Shown here piece after piece: positions 12,895-57,740 of a stretch of DNA of 64,000 nt. The position numbers were made by a program, and so were the translations under genes. The notes beneath the pieces were generated by a model that saw only the letters and a list, made by a program, of their open reading frames with translations, ran no database searches and had not been told where the DNA came from. Source of the stretch: Chrysomallon squamiferum (Eukaryota > Animalia > Mollusca); assembly GCA_012295275.1 (NCBI GenBank), contig CM022674.1, forward strand, positions 12,028,001 through 12,092,000, given 5' to 3'. Numbering within the stretch: position 1 is the stretch's first letter; each line of letters begins with the position of its first letter.

Positions 12895-13808
12895 CCTCCC
12901 TCCCTCTCGCTCTCTCTGTATATATATAGTTAGATAGTTAGATAGATAGATAGATAGATAGACAGATAGATATAAATACAGATATACAGAAAGAGAGACA
13001 GAGAGAGAGAATTGATTCTGAATTGTGTGCAGATGAAAAGGAGGTCCAGACGGCTGTGGTGAAGTTAGTGACAACGACGACGACGACGATTCAGACGTGG
13101 CAGCGATCGATAGGGAAATGTAGCGTCACGTGCGGAGAAGGCATCCAAATAGTATATTATTCTGACAACAGTACCATAACAGAAAAATGCAGAATGGTCA
13201 CTTGTCCAGGTATAATAATAATGATACTAATAGTAACAGCAACAACAACAACAACAACAACACTAAAAATTAAAAATAAATAATAATAATAATCATGACG
13301 TTGGTAAATACAGTAACATCAACAATGATATTGATAATGATATTAACAAGAAGATTAAGATAATGTTATTAAAAATAATATTTGATCGTTCAATTTTCGG
13401 TAATTGTTAAACAACAGTTATAGTCTGTCTAATTGTTATATTTGCGTTAATGTTTTATAACTGTGAAAACCATTGGACTTCTGTTAAGTTTGTATAATAA
13501 TGAAGTGACTAAAACAACATCTAATTTGTGTAATGACGTCACTGAAAATTCAGTTTGTGTAATTATCATTGCATTAAAAAAAAAAGGTATAATGATCACA
13601 TCACTAAAACATTTCAATTTGTATACTGATGACGTCACTAAAACAATGCAATTTGCGTAGTGATTACATCACAGAAATTGTTCAGTCAGTACAATGATGA
13701 CATTAAAATGATCAAACTTGTATAATTGTGATATAATTAAAACAGTTTATTTATTATTATTTTTGTTGTTGGTGGTGATTTTTTATTTTATTTTATTTTA
13801 TTTTTTTA

Positions 13809-13869
<61 letters not shown>

Positions 13870-14641
13870 TCAGAAAAAACAAAGATGATTGCGACAAATT
13901 CGATATCTGTTGCCATTTTCGTTTGTGTCCTGGTGATATTTGTTTGTATACTATTCGGTTCGACACGTCGTGGGTAAATATCTGTTTGAACAGTTATTTA
14001 TTTATTAATGATGATGATTATGACGATTGTGATAATGATATCAGCAACTGCAACAACAGTAATTAAGTGGAAAAAAAGTACAAACAAACAACAGCAACAA
14101 ACAGCTATATATATATGTATGTCTGTCCAAATATACATTCGCTTAATTTTTATCGACTTTTTTTAAAACCTTTTTCTTTTCATGTCAAAAACAGAAAAAA
14201 AGCAGGAAAGATAAAAAGAAAAGAGAACAACAATAAGCAAATAAAAAGCCAAATCATAGTGACACGAATAAGTAAATAAAAGATTAGAAAGTATGCTAGA
14301 AAAGTTTGGTTGAACGGTATTAAAGATTTTAGCTACCGCCGTTCTCGAGCACTGTATCATAGTTTCTTCGAGATATAAAACAAACCCCACCCCCCCAAAA
14401 AAAACCTGGTAGTTTAAAATATTGCAAACGCAGCATAGTGTATTTCTCTCTTTTTTTTTCTTTTGGTATTATTATTAATATGAAAATGATGGTAATGATA
14501 ATGATAAGGAATATAAAATAACTGAGGAAATAATTATTCATTAACATGTTTGTTTTATGCAGGAAGGGAGATAAGGATGACGTAGAGAGTACAATGGAAC
14601 TTTCTAGTACCAGTTCAATGAAACCAATGCAAAGGATTTGA
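8543..14641 (+). CDS. Gene 2: type I membrane protein (~309 aa): signal, six-Cys module, TSP1 repeat, Thr linker plus short CSVTCG TSP1-like repeat, TM helix, short cytoplasmic tail
   Basis: Exons 10829-11024, 11535-11683, 12480-12674, 13033-13209, 13874-13973, 14563-14641, with compatible phases 1-2-1-1-1-2 and no stops. Exon 1 is tentatively 8543-8576 (uncertain). Confidence 0.8.
8719..9760 (+). repeat. ~1-kb non-coding segment duplicated in inverted orientation at 39548-40583
   Basis: For example, 9600-9730 is the near-exact reverse complement of 39575-39712. Confidence 0.9.
10829..11024 (+). CDS. Gene 2 module A exon
   Basis: atcag|tt ata...tgc ac|gtgagt; VITLVVIVAYSGGEKSCLEMLDDGLTEC...GSLPPNETLKTLKKAFC; same phases and GxLPxxET motif as gene 1 exon 2. 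Confidence 0.85.
11535..11683 (+). CDS. Gene 2 module B exon
   Basis: ttttag|a gaa gat...tct g|gtaatt; EDVIRSLRNCFLDAVTSLKGDKSCQTSD...IKIGCSS. Confidence 0.82.
11719..12165. mobile_element. Non-autonomous Tigger/pogo-type DNA transposon in a gene 2 intron
   Basis: TIRs CAGTGGTACCTTGAC / GTCGAGGTACCACTG (14 of 15 match), flanked by TA target duplications; internal sequence shared with the 56804-57404 element. Confidence 0.9.
12480..12674 (+). CDS. Gene 2 thrombospondin type-1 (TSP1) exon
   Basis: cgcag|tt gat gga...act g|gtaaac; VDGTWSEWS...ECNGTCGVG...SRTC...C...C...PC shows the WxxW, CxxTCG and RxC hallmarks of TSP1. Confidence 0.9.
13033..13209 (+). CDS. Gene 2 short TSP1-like exon
   Basis: tgcag|at gaa...cca g|gtataa; TTTTTTIQTWQRSIGKCSVTCGEGIQ...EKCRMVTCP. 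Confidence 0.85.
13490..13745 (+). repeat. Degenerate 34-bp minisatellite (TGATGACGTCACTAAAACAATTCAGTTTGTATAA-like)
   Basis: Consecutive 34-bp units visible at ~13592-13660; related copies at ~16560-16790 (inverted), 20320-20520, 42330-42700 and 46160-46300. Confidence 0.7.
13874..13973 (+). CDS. Gene 2 transmembrane exon
   Basis: ttcag|aa...cgt gg|gtaaat; EKTKMIATNSISVAIFVCVLVIFVCILFGSTRR, with basic residues after the helix. Read-through gives TAA at 13975-13977. Confidence 0.8.
14563..14641 (+). CDS. Gene 2 last exon (cytoplasmic tail GKGDKDDVESTMELSSTSSMKPMQRI*)
   Basis: ttatgcag| acceptor, phase-2 compatible; AATAAA at 14801. Confidence 0.65.
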
Positions 14642-15016
14642 GACAGAGGAAAAAAAAAAATTAAAATATGGAAAAGAAAATAAGTTCGAAAATACTAGAT
14701 ATTTTTAGGTATTTACATTACTGAAATGTACAAAATTCTGCTCTTTAATTTGATACTTAACTGAATTATTGCACCCCCGCCCCAATTTTTTTTTTTTTTA
14801 AATAAAAACAAATAAAACGTGCAAATTATGAACTTTAGCACACTGGGTTAGAGCTAGAGCCGTTTCTAGAAATCAAAGTTTATAACAACAGAATCTTTAT
14901 CGTTTTTGACATAAGAATGAATTGAACATGAAGAGCCGTAAAATCTTAAAATGTTGTATGTGCATATGTGTATGTATATGCATATCTGTATGTACATGTG
15001 TCTATCTGCCTATCTG

Positions 15017-15135
<119 letters not shown>

Positions 15136-16321
15136 ATTTGTCAATAATCATTAAATTATTTATGTAATTACGAGCTTTAAAAAGGATGCACTGTTATATA
15201 AAGTTTCCTATAACTACTGGATGATACTGTTATTAGAAACATAATAACATTCACTCTCAAATTTTACTGGATCCAATCACAGTTCAGTAACAATAAATGT
15301 AAATTTGAAATATTAACTGCTCAGTGAGAAATATTTGTAATTTTATTACTGTCATTATTATTATTATTATTGTTGTTGTTGTTGTTGTTTGGTGGTGGTG
15401 GTGGTGGTGGCGGTGGTAGTGTTGCGTTTACTTGGTAGAAAGTATTTTTTTTAAAGATAAATTTATTAAATAATTAGCAACAATAATTTCGAGCATTGAT
15501 AGCATCTTATGATAGTTGATTTTCATTAACACAGAGAATAGTCAGATGTAGTCAGAAGAATAAATGGAAATTTCATGTACATATCTATTTACTTTCTTTC
15601 TTCTTTAGATTACTGTTACTCCTTAACCTTTGATATCAAAAACATTTTCTGTTTGCTATAAGTAAAATACTGATATTATTAGTAGTACTAGAAGCCATAT
15701 TAGTAATCGTAGGAAATACAACTGTTACTACTAGAACTAGTACTACTACTGTCAGTGACACCTGTATTAACCCTACTAGTAGTAATAGCAGCAAGTGATA
15801 AGTAGAAGTAGTGGGAGAAATTCTATTAATAGTAATAGTAGTAGAAGTAATAGTAATTATATTTATTGTGGTTGTAATAGTAATAATCATAATCCTTTTC
15901 GTCATAATAATAATAATAATAATAGTAATAGTAATTGAGCAGACAAAGTTAGTATCACAGACAATATTTTTATTCATTCTTTTGAATATTGTTGAATGCG
16001 TTTAAATAAAGGAAAAGAAAGGATTTACGAGAAATAATACAACTAATTCTCGTAAAGAATTTTTTTATTTATTCATTTACTTATGTATTTATTTATTTAT
16101 TTACGTACATAACAACATGAATATCCATTCATGCATCATTAATATTATTATTTTGGATTTTCTTGTGGTTGATTTTATATTTTATTTTTATAAAAATCTA
16201 ATTGTTTTTATTTATCTATCTACCTACCTACATACCTACCTATTTATTTGTTTATTCATTTATTTATTTTGTATGCTTCTTTATTTATTTTAAGTTAATA
16301 ACTGTCGATACAGATATTTAC

Positions 16322-16420
16322 GCATGACGTGACGAACGGGATATTAAACAAACACATATCACAGGACACAAACGAAAATGGCAACAGATATCGAATTTGT
16401 CGAAATCATCTTTGTTTTTT
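16322..16420 (-). pseudogene. Inverted, frameshifted copy of the gene 2 TM exon
   Basis: Reverse complement reads cag|EKTKMISTNSISVAIFVCVL* (1-nt deletion relative to gene 2); flanking intron 16420-16790 matches ~13520-13873. Confidence 0.8.
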
Positions 16421-16424
16421 CTGA

Positions 16425-16488
<64 letters not shown>

Positions 16489-16784
16489 TAAATAAATAAA
16501 TAAATAAATAAATAAATTCCACACCAACAACAAAAATAATAATTAAAAAAATGTTTTAGTTATATCACAATTATACAAGTTTGATCATTTTGGTATCGTC
16601 ATCATTATACTGACTGAACAGTTCTGTGACGTAATCATTACACACACTGCATCGTTTTAGTGACGTCATCAGTATACAACTGAATTCTTTTAGTGACATC
16701 ATCATTATAAAAAGAAAAAATCTTTTAATGCAGTGATAATTACACAAACTGAATTTTTAGTGACGTCATTATACTGTTTTAGTC

Positions 16785-17150
16785 ACGAAAATGCATAACG
16801 TCACAAAACGCTATTGCAATGCCGTTATCATGAAGAAACGGTCTTCTTGCTGTTCTGAATTTAATTAGTCGTCCTGAATCTGTTAGAGAATCTACAGATA
16901 ATACTTAATCTGATATTTAGATGGTGAGACACTGACATTTTCAGTGTGTCCATCTTGTAGCCAGTCAGTGCTCCTTCTCCAGTCTTGTAAATTGGATTGT
17001 CGTCGAACCATCTTCAAATTTAAACTGACGATGAATGGAAAATGCCCATCCTTTTATTGCTAAAATTGGCATGCATTAAGTTACACTCTTGCTAAGCACT
17101 GGGTGTATCGAGGTAGATTCTCAGTTAAATCGGTCTATGTTTTTGCTTCG
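16785..17150 (-). mobile_element. Tc1/mariner transposase 5' fragment
   Basis: Reads MVRRQSNLQDWRRSTDWLQDG...QQEDRFFMITALQ*RFVT; the same DNA occurs at 38560-38810 and 62800-63180. Confidence 0.75.
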
Positions 17151-17240
17151 GAAATACTTACAATTAGTGTAAAGATCTATTGGAAGAATATAAGTTGTAA
17201 GATGTAGGCCGAAATGACGTAAATAGATTAGTAATTTAGT

Positions 17241-17284
<44 letters not shown>

Positions 17285-18460
17285 ATTATAAAAAGAAATT
17301 AACTTTCATTACTTTATTTCACATTTATTATTTTATTATTATTGTTGTTGTTGCTGTTATTATTATTATTAGTAATGGTAGTAGGGAGTGCACTCAAAAT
17401 TTAAAAATTAAAGTGAAAATAATATCTTGCTCCCGTAACATTGGAAAACAAATTTATATATAGTTGATCCCCACTTGATAAAGATAAATAATTATGAATT
17501 GTACAGAGTTTAAAGTATACTAAATATATTCGATTTTAATAATAAAAAATGTAACAATGTAAAACCAATAGACGAATGAATTGTTTCCAACCCCTGCAAG
17601 TATAATGCAACTAACAACCCAACAGCCCTAACAAATACGGATTACACTTTCCCACCAGTTGAAACAGAGCAGCGCAGCGTTATATTATAGTATTGATGGC
17701 GATTAATATTTTCATAAATAACGATAAAATTTTATTAAATATCAGAACATTATTCATGCATAAAATAAACAGCATTAAAACAAAATTAAATTTTGAATTT
17801 GTTAGCCGTCAATGATTACATAATGGCAATTAATCGTCTTCTGAATTACAAAAGCTATTTTCACTGCTGCAGACGAAAAATCCGCCATTTTAATATTTGT
17901 TCGCCGTCAGTTTGGTATATCGATTCAAAAACTTTGCAAGTACTACTTCAGCCCAACATTATTTTCACCTAGAACTAATATATATTTGTTCAGAAGATAT
18001 TTATTTACATAATAGGAATAAAAATCAATTTTATCTTTTTATTCGTTTTTGCTTCTTTCTTCGAGTGATTACAGATTAAAAATAACTCTGACGTTGTTTT
18101 CACTATGATCACGTAATGCAGACAGGATTTTCCTTCAAAATGAATGCTGATTGGTTTATTTCTATGGATGGGCTGAAGGCATAATCGTTTGTTGAAGTGA
18201 ACGGGTACTTGGCCGCACCAAAAAATGGAAACGCGCGTGTCGATTATCTCACTGTTTTATTTGTTTTATATATCTAAAACACAGTATTAATAACATAACA
18301 CAATTACAGTATTAGATTTTAATGACATTTAATGAACATTTTTGTTAATTTCTGTAAATAATATTAAAGATCATTATGCACAATTTGAATTGAAAATGAA
18401 GAGCTGTTATCGGTAGAACAAAGGAATTTGCTTAACATCATCTGGGTTTAGTGAATTCCA

Positions 18461-18501
<41 letters not shown>

Positions 18502-19565
18502 ATAGTAGTCTTTTAATAATTTATAATTCACTTGATAATAAATGTCACTCCTACTGAATTGTGAAGATTTTTCTATCAAATTTTCTTTTTCAGTAATTTA
18601 ACACATTTCTCTTCATTATGACCACTAGAAATCAATAAACAGATTTCAAATAAATAAGTTAAAACGTTTATAATTATGTTTGTTCCCTCAAATATCCTAG
18701 AGAGTATAATATCTAGTTGGATTCATTTAGGATTTCATTTAGGATAACATCACAATAAATTTACGACTTCGTTTTAACAAGCTGGTACATACTTTCAATG
18801 TAATGGCTAAAATTAATTTTTTAATTTTCTAAATAATCAAAATATTAATACCGATATTTACTGTTATTTTATATGAAAAAATAAACTGATAAATATATAA
18901 GTATATATATAGTCTATTTTTAGATTGGCAAAAGCTTTCGCATAAAGGGAGTCTATAAATATTAATAATATCTTACCTAAATAAATAAATAGAATATCTT
19001 ACTGTTTTAAATCATTATCTTTGAGCTAATATCCAGGTAAGTTTTTGTAAATCATAATTCTAATCATCATTATCATCGTTATCATTATAATCATTAACAT
19101 ATTTGATATTGTCAGTATCATCATCATCCTCCATCATTATAACTATTACTATCATCATCATCATTCGTATTATTAATTGTGTATGTGTGTGATTGCATTT
19201 ATGTGACATAAAATTACATTAAATAATTTAATAAACACTGAAAAAAATAAGGCATAATTGTTATAATAATTAACATTTATTTATTAACTGAAAATTAGCA
19301 TTCAGTTTTTAACTCAAAATATTAATTATATTTAATAACAAATTGAAATTTTCTGTGAGAAAGATTCACACAAATAATGTTTTCAGATAGACAAGAATCC
19401 GTCAGGATTTCCCCGAAACTCTGATTCGAGATGCATCATGGCATAGAGTGGCCGTTTGTTTACGCTGAACAAGTGTACTGGTTGTAACAAAGCTATAATA
19501 TGAGTAACGTTATATAGTCTCAGATAGAAAATGGTACAAACGAGGAGACAAGAATAGTAAACATC

Positions 19566-19597
<32 letters not shown>

Positions 19598-20169
19598 TTT
19601 TGGAGGGAGATTTGTTCATTCATGAAGACGAATCATCGTCTGAACTCTTTCATTTCCTTTTCTTTTCTTTGCTTTCTCATAAATTTCTTCTAAAAATGCA
19701 TCCAAAATTCTCTAGCTGAAAGTAGAATATTGTAACAAGATGCATTTTGATCTTATCAACACGACTACTACTCTTATTATTATCATTATTACTATTACTA
19801 GCTCTACTACTATTACTGCTGCTGCTACTACTACTATGACTTCATTTACTACTACTATTACCACTAATACTGCTACTACTATTACTATTATTACTATTAC
19901 TACTACTATTACTGCTATGGTCGCTTGTCCACGAATAATGATCATAATAATAATAGTAATAACAATAACAAAAACGGCAATAATAATAATAATAATAATA
20001 ACAATAACAATGACGTCGATGAATACGCTAACAACAACAATGATTCTGATAATGATATTAACACGACGAATAAGACAATATTATTAAAATAATTATATTT
20101 CACTTTTTAATTTTGCTAAAGTTTAAATACCCATAGTTGGATGCCTATTTTTCTTTTTTGTATATATAT

Positions 20170-20278
<109 letters not shown>

Positions 20279-20969
20279 GAATTTACTGAAAACTAATTCA
20301 ATTTTTGTTGCTTGTATTATAATGAAGTAACTAAGACAGTGTAACTTTGCACAATGACGAAGTCACTAAGACAGTTCAATTCGTACAATGTTGACGTCAG
20401 TATGACAATTCAATTCATATAATGGTGATGTACGTAGTCGATTCAGTTTGTGTAAAGGTGATGTAACTAAAACAATTCAGTTTGTATAATGATGAAGTCA
20501 CTAAACAATTCATGATGATTGCACCAAAAAGTTTATATTTTTTTACCTTCTCATTTTCTATGAATACGTATGAGTTTCTCTGGAAAATAAAAATATCACA
20601 ATGTCAGAGATAATTCAGATTATCAGTGACTAACTATAAATAAATGTATACACAGATATAAACACGAACACAAGTACACTCATCCATATATGTGCATGTC
20701 TGTCTCTGCATTTATATATGTACTGTATATTCACAAATTTCGTATGACATTCAATTATTTGTATATATCAATTTTTGACCTTTTTCTTTGTTCTGTTTCT
20801 GTCTGTTTTTTCCTTCGGTGTTTTCTGACAATACACTGTAAAAAGAATGAGGTAAAGATTTTCACAAATAATAATAATAAAAAATAAAATAAATCAACAG
20901 AATTCCCGAAATCTTAAATAAAGTTATTACTGTTGTCAAAAATATTATAAATGGTAAAAAAAACGAAAC

Positions 20970-34144
<13,175 letters not shown>

Positions 34145-34439
34145 CTTGAAGTATATATATGTATACACACATGCAGGCAGACATAGTACACCAGTACATA
34201 AACACACGAATTCATAGATCAATATATTTTCGGTTTCGGTTTGATTAAGTCTGTTTAGAGAACAAAGAATTCAATTTTTTTTATTTGGCGACCATCAGGA
34301 TTAAGGATTACTCAAGTTATATTCCAACATCTGCTTCCATATAAAGCTAAATTAATGGTTTAGAGCAATTCAATATGTTAGTCACAAGTAAAATTATTTC
34401 TGACTATAATACTTTGCGAAGAACTTGGAATTATGCAGA

Positions 34440-40873
<6,434 letters not shown>

Positions 40874-41673
40874 CAGGTTCTACATCCGCATCTGCATGAC
40901 GTCATCAGTTTTTCCTGCAAACAACTCGATTAATTTCGGATCGAATGACATCATTAAGCATTATTATATATAATAAAAGTTTTAAATTTGTAATGCAGAC
41001 TATATAAATAAATTGAATTAATAAATAAAATATATTTAAAAATTATAATTCTTGCCGGACACTGGATAATAATAAAGTATTTTCTATTTATAATCTATGT
41101 ATGTTAATTATTTTATAATTTTGATTTATTTACGATTTTTAACGTTTAGAGTATCACGTGAAATTTACGAGTTCGTTTATCAAGTTGGCACATATCGACA
41201 CCTTCAGTGTAATGGTAAAAATATTATTTATAAATAGGTTTACGTTTTTATATGTATATTGAGAGAGAGAGAGAGAGAGATTGCCTGCAGTCTATTTTCA
41301 GAATAGCAGATGTTTTCGCATAAAAATATGTATAGTGTCTTACCTAAATAAATAAATAAATAAAATGTTTTACGGTTTTAAGTCATTATCTTTGAACTAA
41401 TTCTCTCATAACTTTCATCATCGTATCATCATTATAACCAGCAACATATTTCCTTGATATTACCAATATCATCACTATCATCATCATTGTCCATCACAAA
41501 AAGATATTATTGTAGTCACCAACATCATCAACAGTATATGACTAATAAAATAACATAAAATAATTAAATAAACACTGAAAAATATAAAAAAGGCAACACT
41601 GTTTTTACAACTGACATTTATTTTATTAACTGACAATTACACTGAATTTTTTACTCAAAATACTAAATACAAT

Positions 41674-41708
<35 letters not shown>

Positions 41709-42842
41709 TTTTTGTGGGAAATATCTCATTCATAAAGACGAATCATCGTCTGAACCTTTTTTGTTTTCCTTTTCATTCGTTTTTCTTCTTTTCTTCACTT
41801 TTTCATAAATTTCTTTTAATTTTTTCCCATAATTTTTTGTTGAAAGTAGAATATTGTATCAAAATACTGCTACTACTGTTAGTACTACCAGAACTACTAT
41901 TGCTGTTACTACCATTACTACTATTGGTGCGGCTACTACTACTGTGACTTCAATTAATACTACTTCTATTATCACTACTACTGTTATTACTATTATTACG
42001 ATTACTAGTACTATAATCATTTGTCCATGAATAATAATTATAATAATAATAACAACAACAACAACAACAATAATAATAATAATAATAACAACAACAACAA
42101 CAACAACAATAATAATAATAATAATAACAATAACAATAACAATAGTTATGTTGATGAATACAGTAACCACAACGATTCTGATAATGATATTATCCAGACG
42201 GATAAGATTTCCTATTTTCATTTTTTGTAAAGTTTAAACACCCATACTAGTCTGTCTGTTTGTTATATTTACGCTATGAGTCTATAATTGTGAAAACTAT
42301 TGAATTTCTCTCGTTACTATAATAATGAATACAGTCACATTTGTATAGTGATGAAGTCACAAAGTCAATTCATTTTTTGTTATGATGACTGCACAAAAAG
42401 TGTTTATTTGTATAATGGTGATGTAACTAAAACAATTCAGTTTGTATAATGATCACGTCATTATATAAATCAGTTTTTGCAATGATGACTGCACTAAAAC
42501 AATTCAGTTTGTATATGGTTACGTTAGTAAAACAATTCCGTTTGTATGATAGTGACATTATTAAAACACTTCAATTTGTATACTGATGACATTATTAAAA
42601 CAAGGCAATTTTGTATGCTGATTACGTCACAGAAACACTTCAGTTAGTACACTGATGACGTCACTAAATGGCCAAATTTGTGTAATTGTCATTTAATTAA
42701 AACAGTTTAATGTACACAAATAATAGAGAAGATAATAAATGTGTGCCATGATGAAGTAACTGCTAAAGTTTCATTTCGTTTCTGTAATGATAAAGTTTGA
42801 TACAGTAATATCTTCACTCTTTAATATTTTTTCTGTTTCTTG

Positions 42843-42901
<59 letters not shown>

Positions 42902-43005
42902 AACAAAAATAAACAAAGCTTAATACGACAAATTCGATATCTGTTACGTTTTCGTTTGTATCCTTGTGATATTTGATTATTTACTGTCCGGTTCGTCACG
43001 TCATG
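42902..43005 (+). pseudogene. Decayed copy of the gene 2 TM exon within a relic of the gene 2 3' region (~42010-44500)
   Basis: cag|aa caa aaa TAA; ACAAATTCGATATCTGTT core retained; indel present and donor lost; flanks match 13200-15600. Confidence 0.75.
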
Positions 43006-44199
43006 GATACATTTTTGTATTGACAGTTAATAATTTAAAATAAATAAACATACAAACAAATAAACAAACAACTAGACAAATAAATAAAAATATAAATAAA
43101 TAAATAATGCTGAGATTGTTATAGAAAACATAATAATAAAAATAATTAACCACAAGAAAATCCAAAATAATATTAATGATCATGATTATGACGACTAAGA
43201 TAATGATAACCACAACAACAGTAATTAAGTGAAAAAAACACCCAGCTATGTATGTCTGTTAAGATAGACATTCGTTTAATTTAATCGACTTTTTGGCTGA
43301 AAAGAAAACCTTTTTATAATTCATAAAAATTAAAAAGAAAGCACATAAGATAAAAATAAAAGAGAACAACAATAAGTAACTTTTAAACCAAATCATTGTC
43401 GAATGAATAATAAAAAATCTTTACTCAGATTAGAAAGTATGTTAAAAAAAAAAAAAAAAAATATTTTTTAAAGATGAAGAAGTGACTGTGTACAACAGTT
43501 TCATGCATAAATGAATGTTAAAGTGATACAGAAATTCTGCGAGTTTTAATCTCTCATAATCATCATTATCAATAGTAAATAATATTTGATCGAACTTTAC
43601 GCCTAATAAATTGCTTTAGCAAATATTACTCTTTTAACTTTGTGACCTCTTACTTTTCCATTTATAAAATGGATGAACGGTATTACTTATTTTAGATATC
43701 ACCGTTTTCGTGTTTTTCGTGATTTTTTAGAAGAATGAAAACAGATTAAAAAAAAAAAATCTGTTGCATAAATGTGTCTGTATGTGATATGTGCATGTGT
43801 TTATGAATTTGTATGATTCTATATATCAATGTAGGTTTGCTATGTTAATCTGTGCGAAAGTTTGTATGCAAGCATTCATATGTATGTATATGTATGTCTG
43901 GGTGTGTGAGTGTATATGTGTATGTATGCATTTGTATATGTGTATATATGAAGGGTGTAAATAGAGAGAGAGAGAGTCAATAATATTATATATATATATG
44001 AAAAATATTATATATATATATATATATATTACGAGTTTTAGAAAGGAGGCACTTTTGTATTTAATCATGTATAACTATTTCACTTTGGATGAAGCTGTTA
44101 TTATAAACGTAATAACACTCACTCTCTAAGTTAAAGCATAGTTCAGTAAGAACAAATGTTAATTTGGAATATTAACTGCTCATTGAGAAACATTTGTAA

Positions 44200-44269
<70 letters not shown>

Positions 44270-46066
44270 ATTGTCATCATCATCATCTTTATTTGGAAGC
44301 AGGTATTTTTTTTTTAAAAGACACAAGAATTATAGGGAAGTCCAAAGATAATTTGATCAAATAATTAACAAAAATAATTTCGTTACATTCGTTACATCTT
44401 AACAAAAATGGTTTAATAGTTTTTATTAACACACAGAACTGTCAGATATACTCAGAATAATTAGAAGACACTTCTTGCACGTATCTCTTTACTGTGTTCC
44501 TTTTTCATTTTCTCTTGATTACTCTTTGTCTTGAGAATTGTCCATTCATCCATCCATCCATCCATCCATCCATCCATCCATCCATCCATCCATATACACA
44601 TATATACATACACCTATACATGCACTTATACATGCATACATAAATACACACTCATACATCAATAATACATATATTTTCCTTTTATCTTTTAATTAAATCT
44701 ATCTACACAACAACATAATAATAACAGCTGCTTACATGTGAAACTATGTTAGTTATTTATAGATTGGCAAATGTAAAGGGATTCTATAAAAATTAATAAT
44801 GTTTTACGTAAATAAATAAATAAATAAATAAATAAAATGTCTTAATGTTTTAAATCATTGTCTTTGAACTAATACTCACCGACCCGTGTAAGTGTCTGTA
44901 ATTCATAATTCTCATCGTCATTACCATCGCTACCATCATTATAATTATTAATATCTTTAATATCATCAACATCATCATTATCATCATCGTCGTCAATCAT
45001 TATAACTATTATTACCGTCTAGAAGAGTATTAACTGTGTATATGTCTGGTTACATTTGTGTAACTTATAAAATGACTTAAAATAATTAAATAAATACAGA
45101 AAAAAAATAAGGCAGCACTGTTTTAATAATTAACATTTCTTTATTAACTGAAAAATTAACATTGAATATTTTACTCAAAATATTAATTACATTTAATAAG
45201 GTATTGAAAAATTCTGCCAGAAAGATTCTCGCAAATAATGATTCCAGACATGAAAATCCGTCAGGATTTCCCAGAATCTCTGGTCCGAGATGCATCATGG
45301 TATAGAGTGGTTGTTCGTTAAGCTGAACACTCTATTGGTCGTAACAAAGCTATAACCTGAACAAGTTAAATAGTCTCGGATATCTGATGTGAATCAATTG
45401 GCTAGAGGAAATCGTACAAATGAGAAGACTAGAATACAACGCATCATCATGTATTTATTTATTTATTTATTTTGGAGGGAAATTTGTTCATTCACGAAAA
45501 TGAATCATCGTCTGAACTCATTCTTTCCCTTTTCTTTTCTTCGGATGTTCATAAATTTCTTCTAAAAATGCATCCGTAATTCTCTAGCTGAAAATGGAAT
45601 ATTGTAACAAGATACACATTGATTTTGCCAATACTACTACCATTGTTATCACTATTATTACTACAATTACTACTAATACGATTACTGTTACTACCGCTAC
45701 GACTATTACTGCTGCTGCTACTACTACTATGACTCCATTTACTACTACTGCTTTTACCACTAATACTGCTACTACTATTACTATTATTACTATTACTACC
45801 ACTATTACTGCTGTGGTCACTTGTCCACAAATAATGATCATAATAATAATAGCAATAACAATAACAACAATGCCAATAATAGTAATAATAATAATGATGA
45901 TGATGATGATGACGACGTCAATGAATACGGTAACAAAAACAATGACACTGATAAGGATATTAATATGAAAAATAAGACACTATTAAAATAAAGATATTTC
46001 ATCTTTTAATATTTTGTATCGTTTAAATACCCAAAATAGGATGACTTTTTATTATTATTATGTATG

Positions 46067-46098
<32 letters not shown>

Positions 46099-46652
46099 TG
46101 TATGAAACGATTCTATAATTCAAAAAACTATTGAATTTCTGTTGTTTGTATAATAATGAAGTAAGACAGTGTAATTTGTATAATGATGACATCACTAAGA
46201 CATTTCAATTCGCACAGTGATGACGTACTAAAACGACTCAGTTTGTATAAACGTGATGTGTCTTAAATAATTCAGTTTTTGTAATGCACTAAAACAGTTT
46301 AGTTGTTAATATTATTATATATTTTTACCTTGTAATGTTTGTGTGAATACGTATGAGTTTCTCTACAAAAATAAAAATATCACAATGTCAGAGATAATTC
46401 AGATTATCAGCGACTAACTATAAATAAATGTATACACAGATACAAACACGAACGCAAGTACATTCATCCATATATGTGCATGTCTGTCTCTGCATGTATA
46501 TATGTACTGTATATTCACACATTTCGTATGACATTCTGTTATTTGTATATATCAATTTTTACCTTTTTCTTTGTTCTGTTTCTGTCTGTTTTTTCCTTCG
46601 GTGTTTTCTGACAATACACTGTAAAAAGAATGAAGTAAAGATCTTCACAAAT

Positions 46653-46713
<61 letters not shown>

Positions 46714-46779
46714 GAATGCCCGAAATCGTCCTATAGAGTGAATGATTTATAAATATCATAAATAGTTAGAAAATATAAC

Positions 46780-57740
<10,961 letters not shown>

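Noticed and set aside
19740-20087. Thr-rich mucin-like ORFs (also 45594-45968)
   Set aside because: ACT/ATT/AAT repeat expansions plus intron-derived sequence; only the MVxCP relic is gene-derived.
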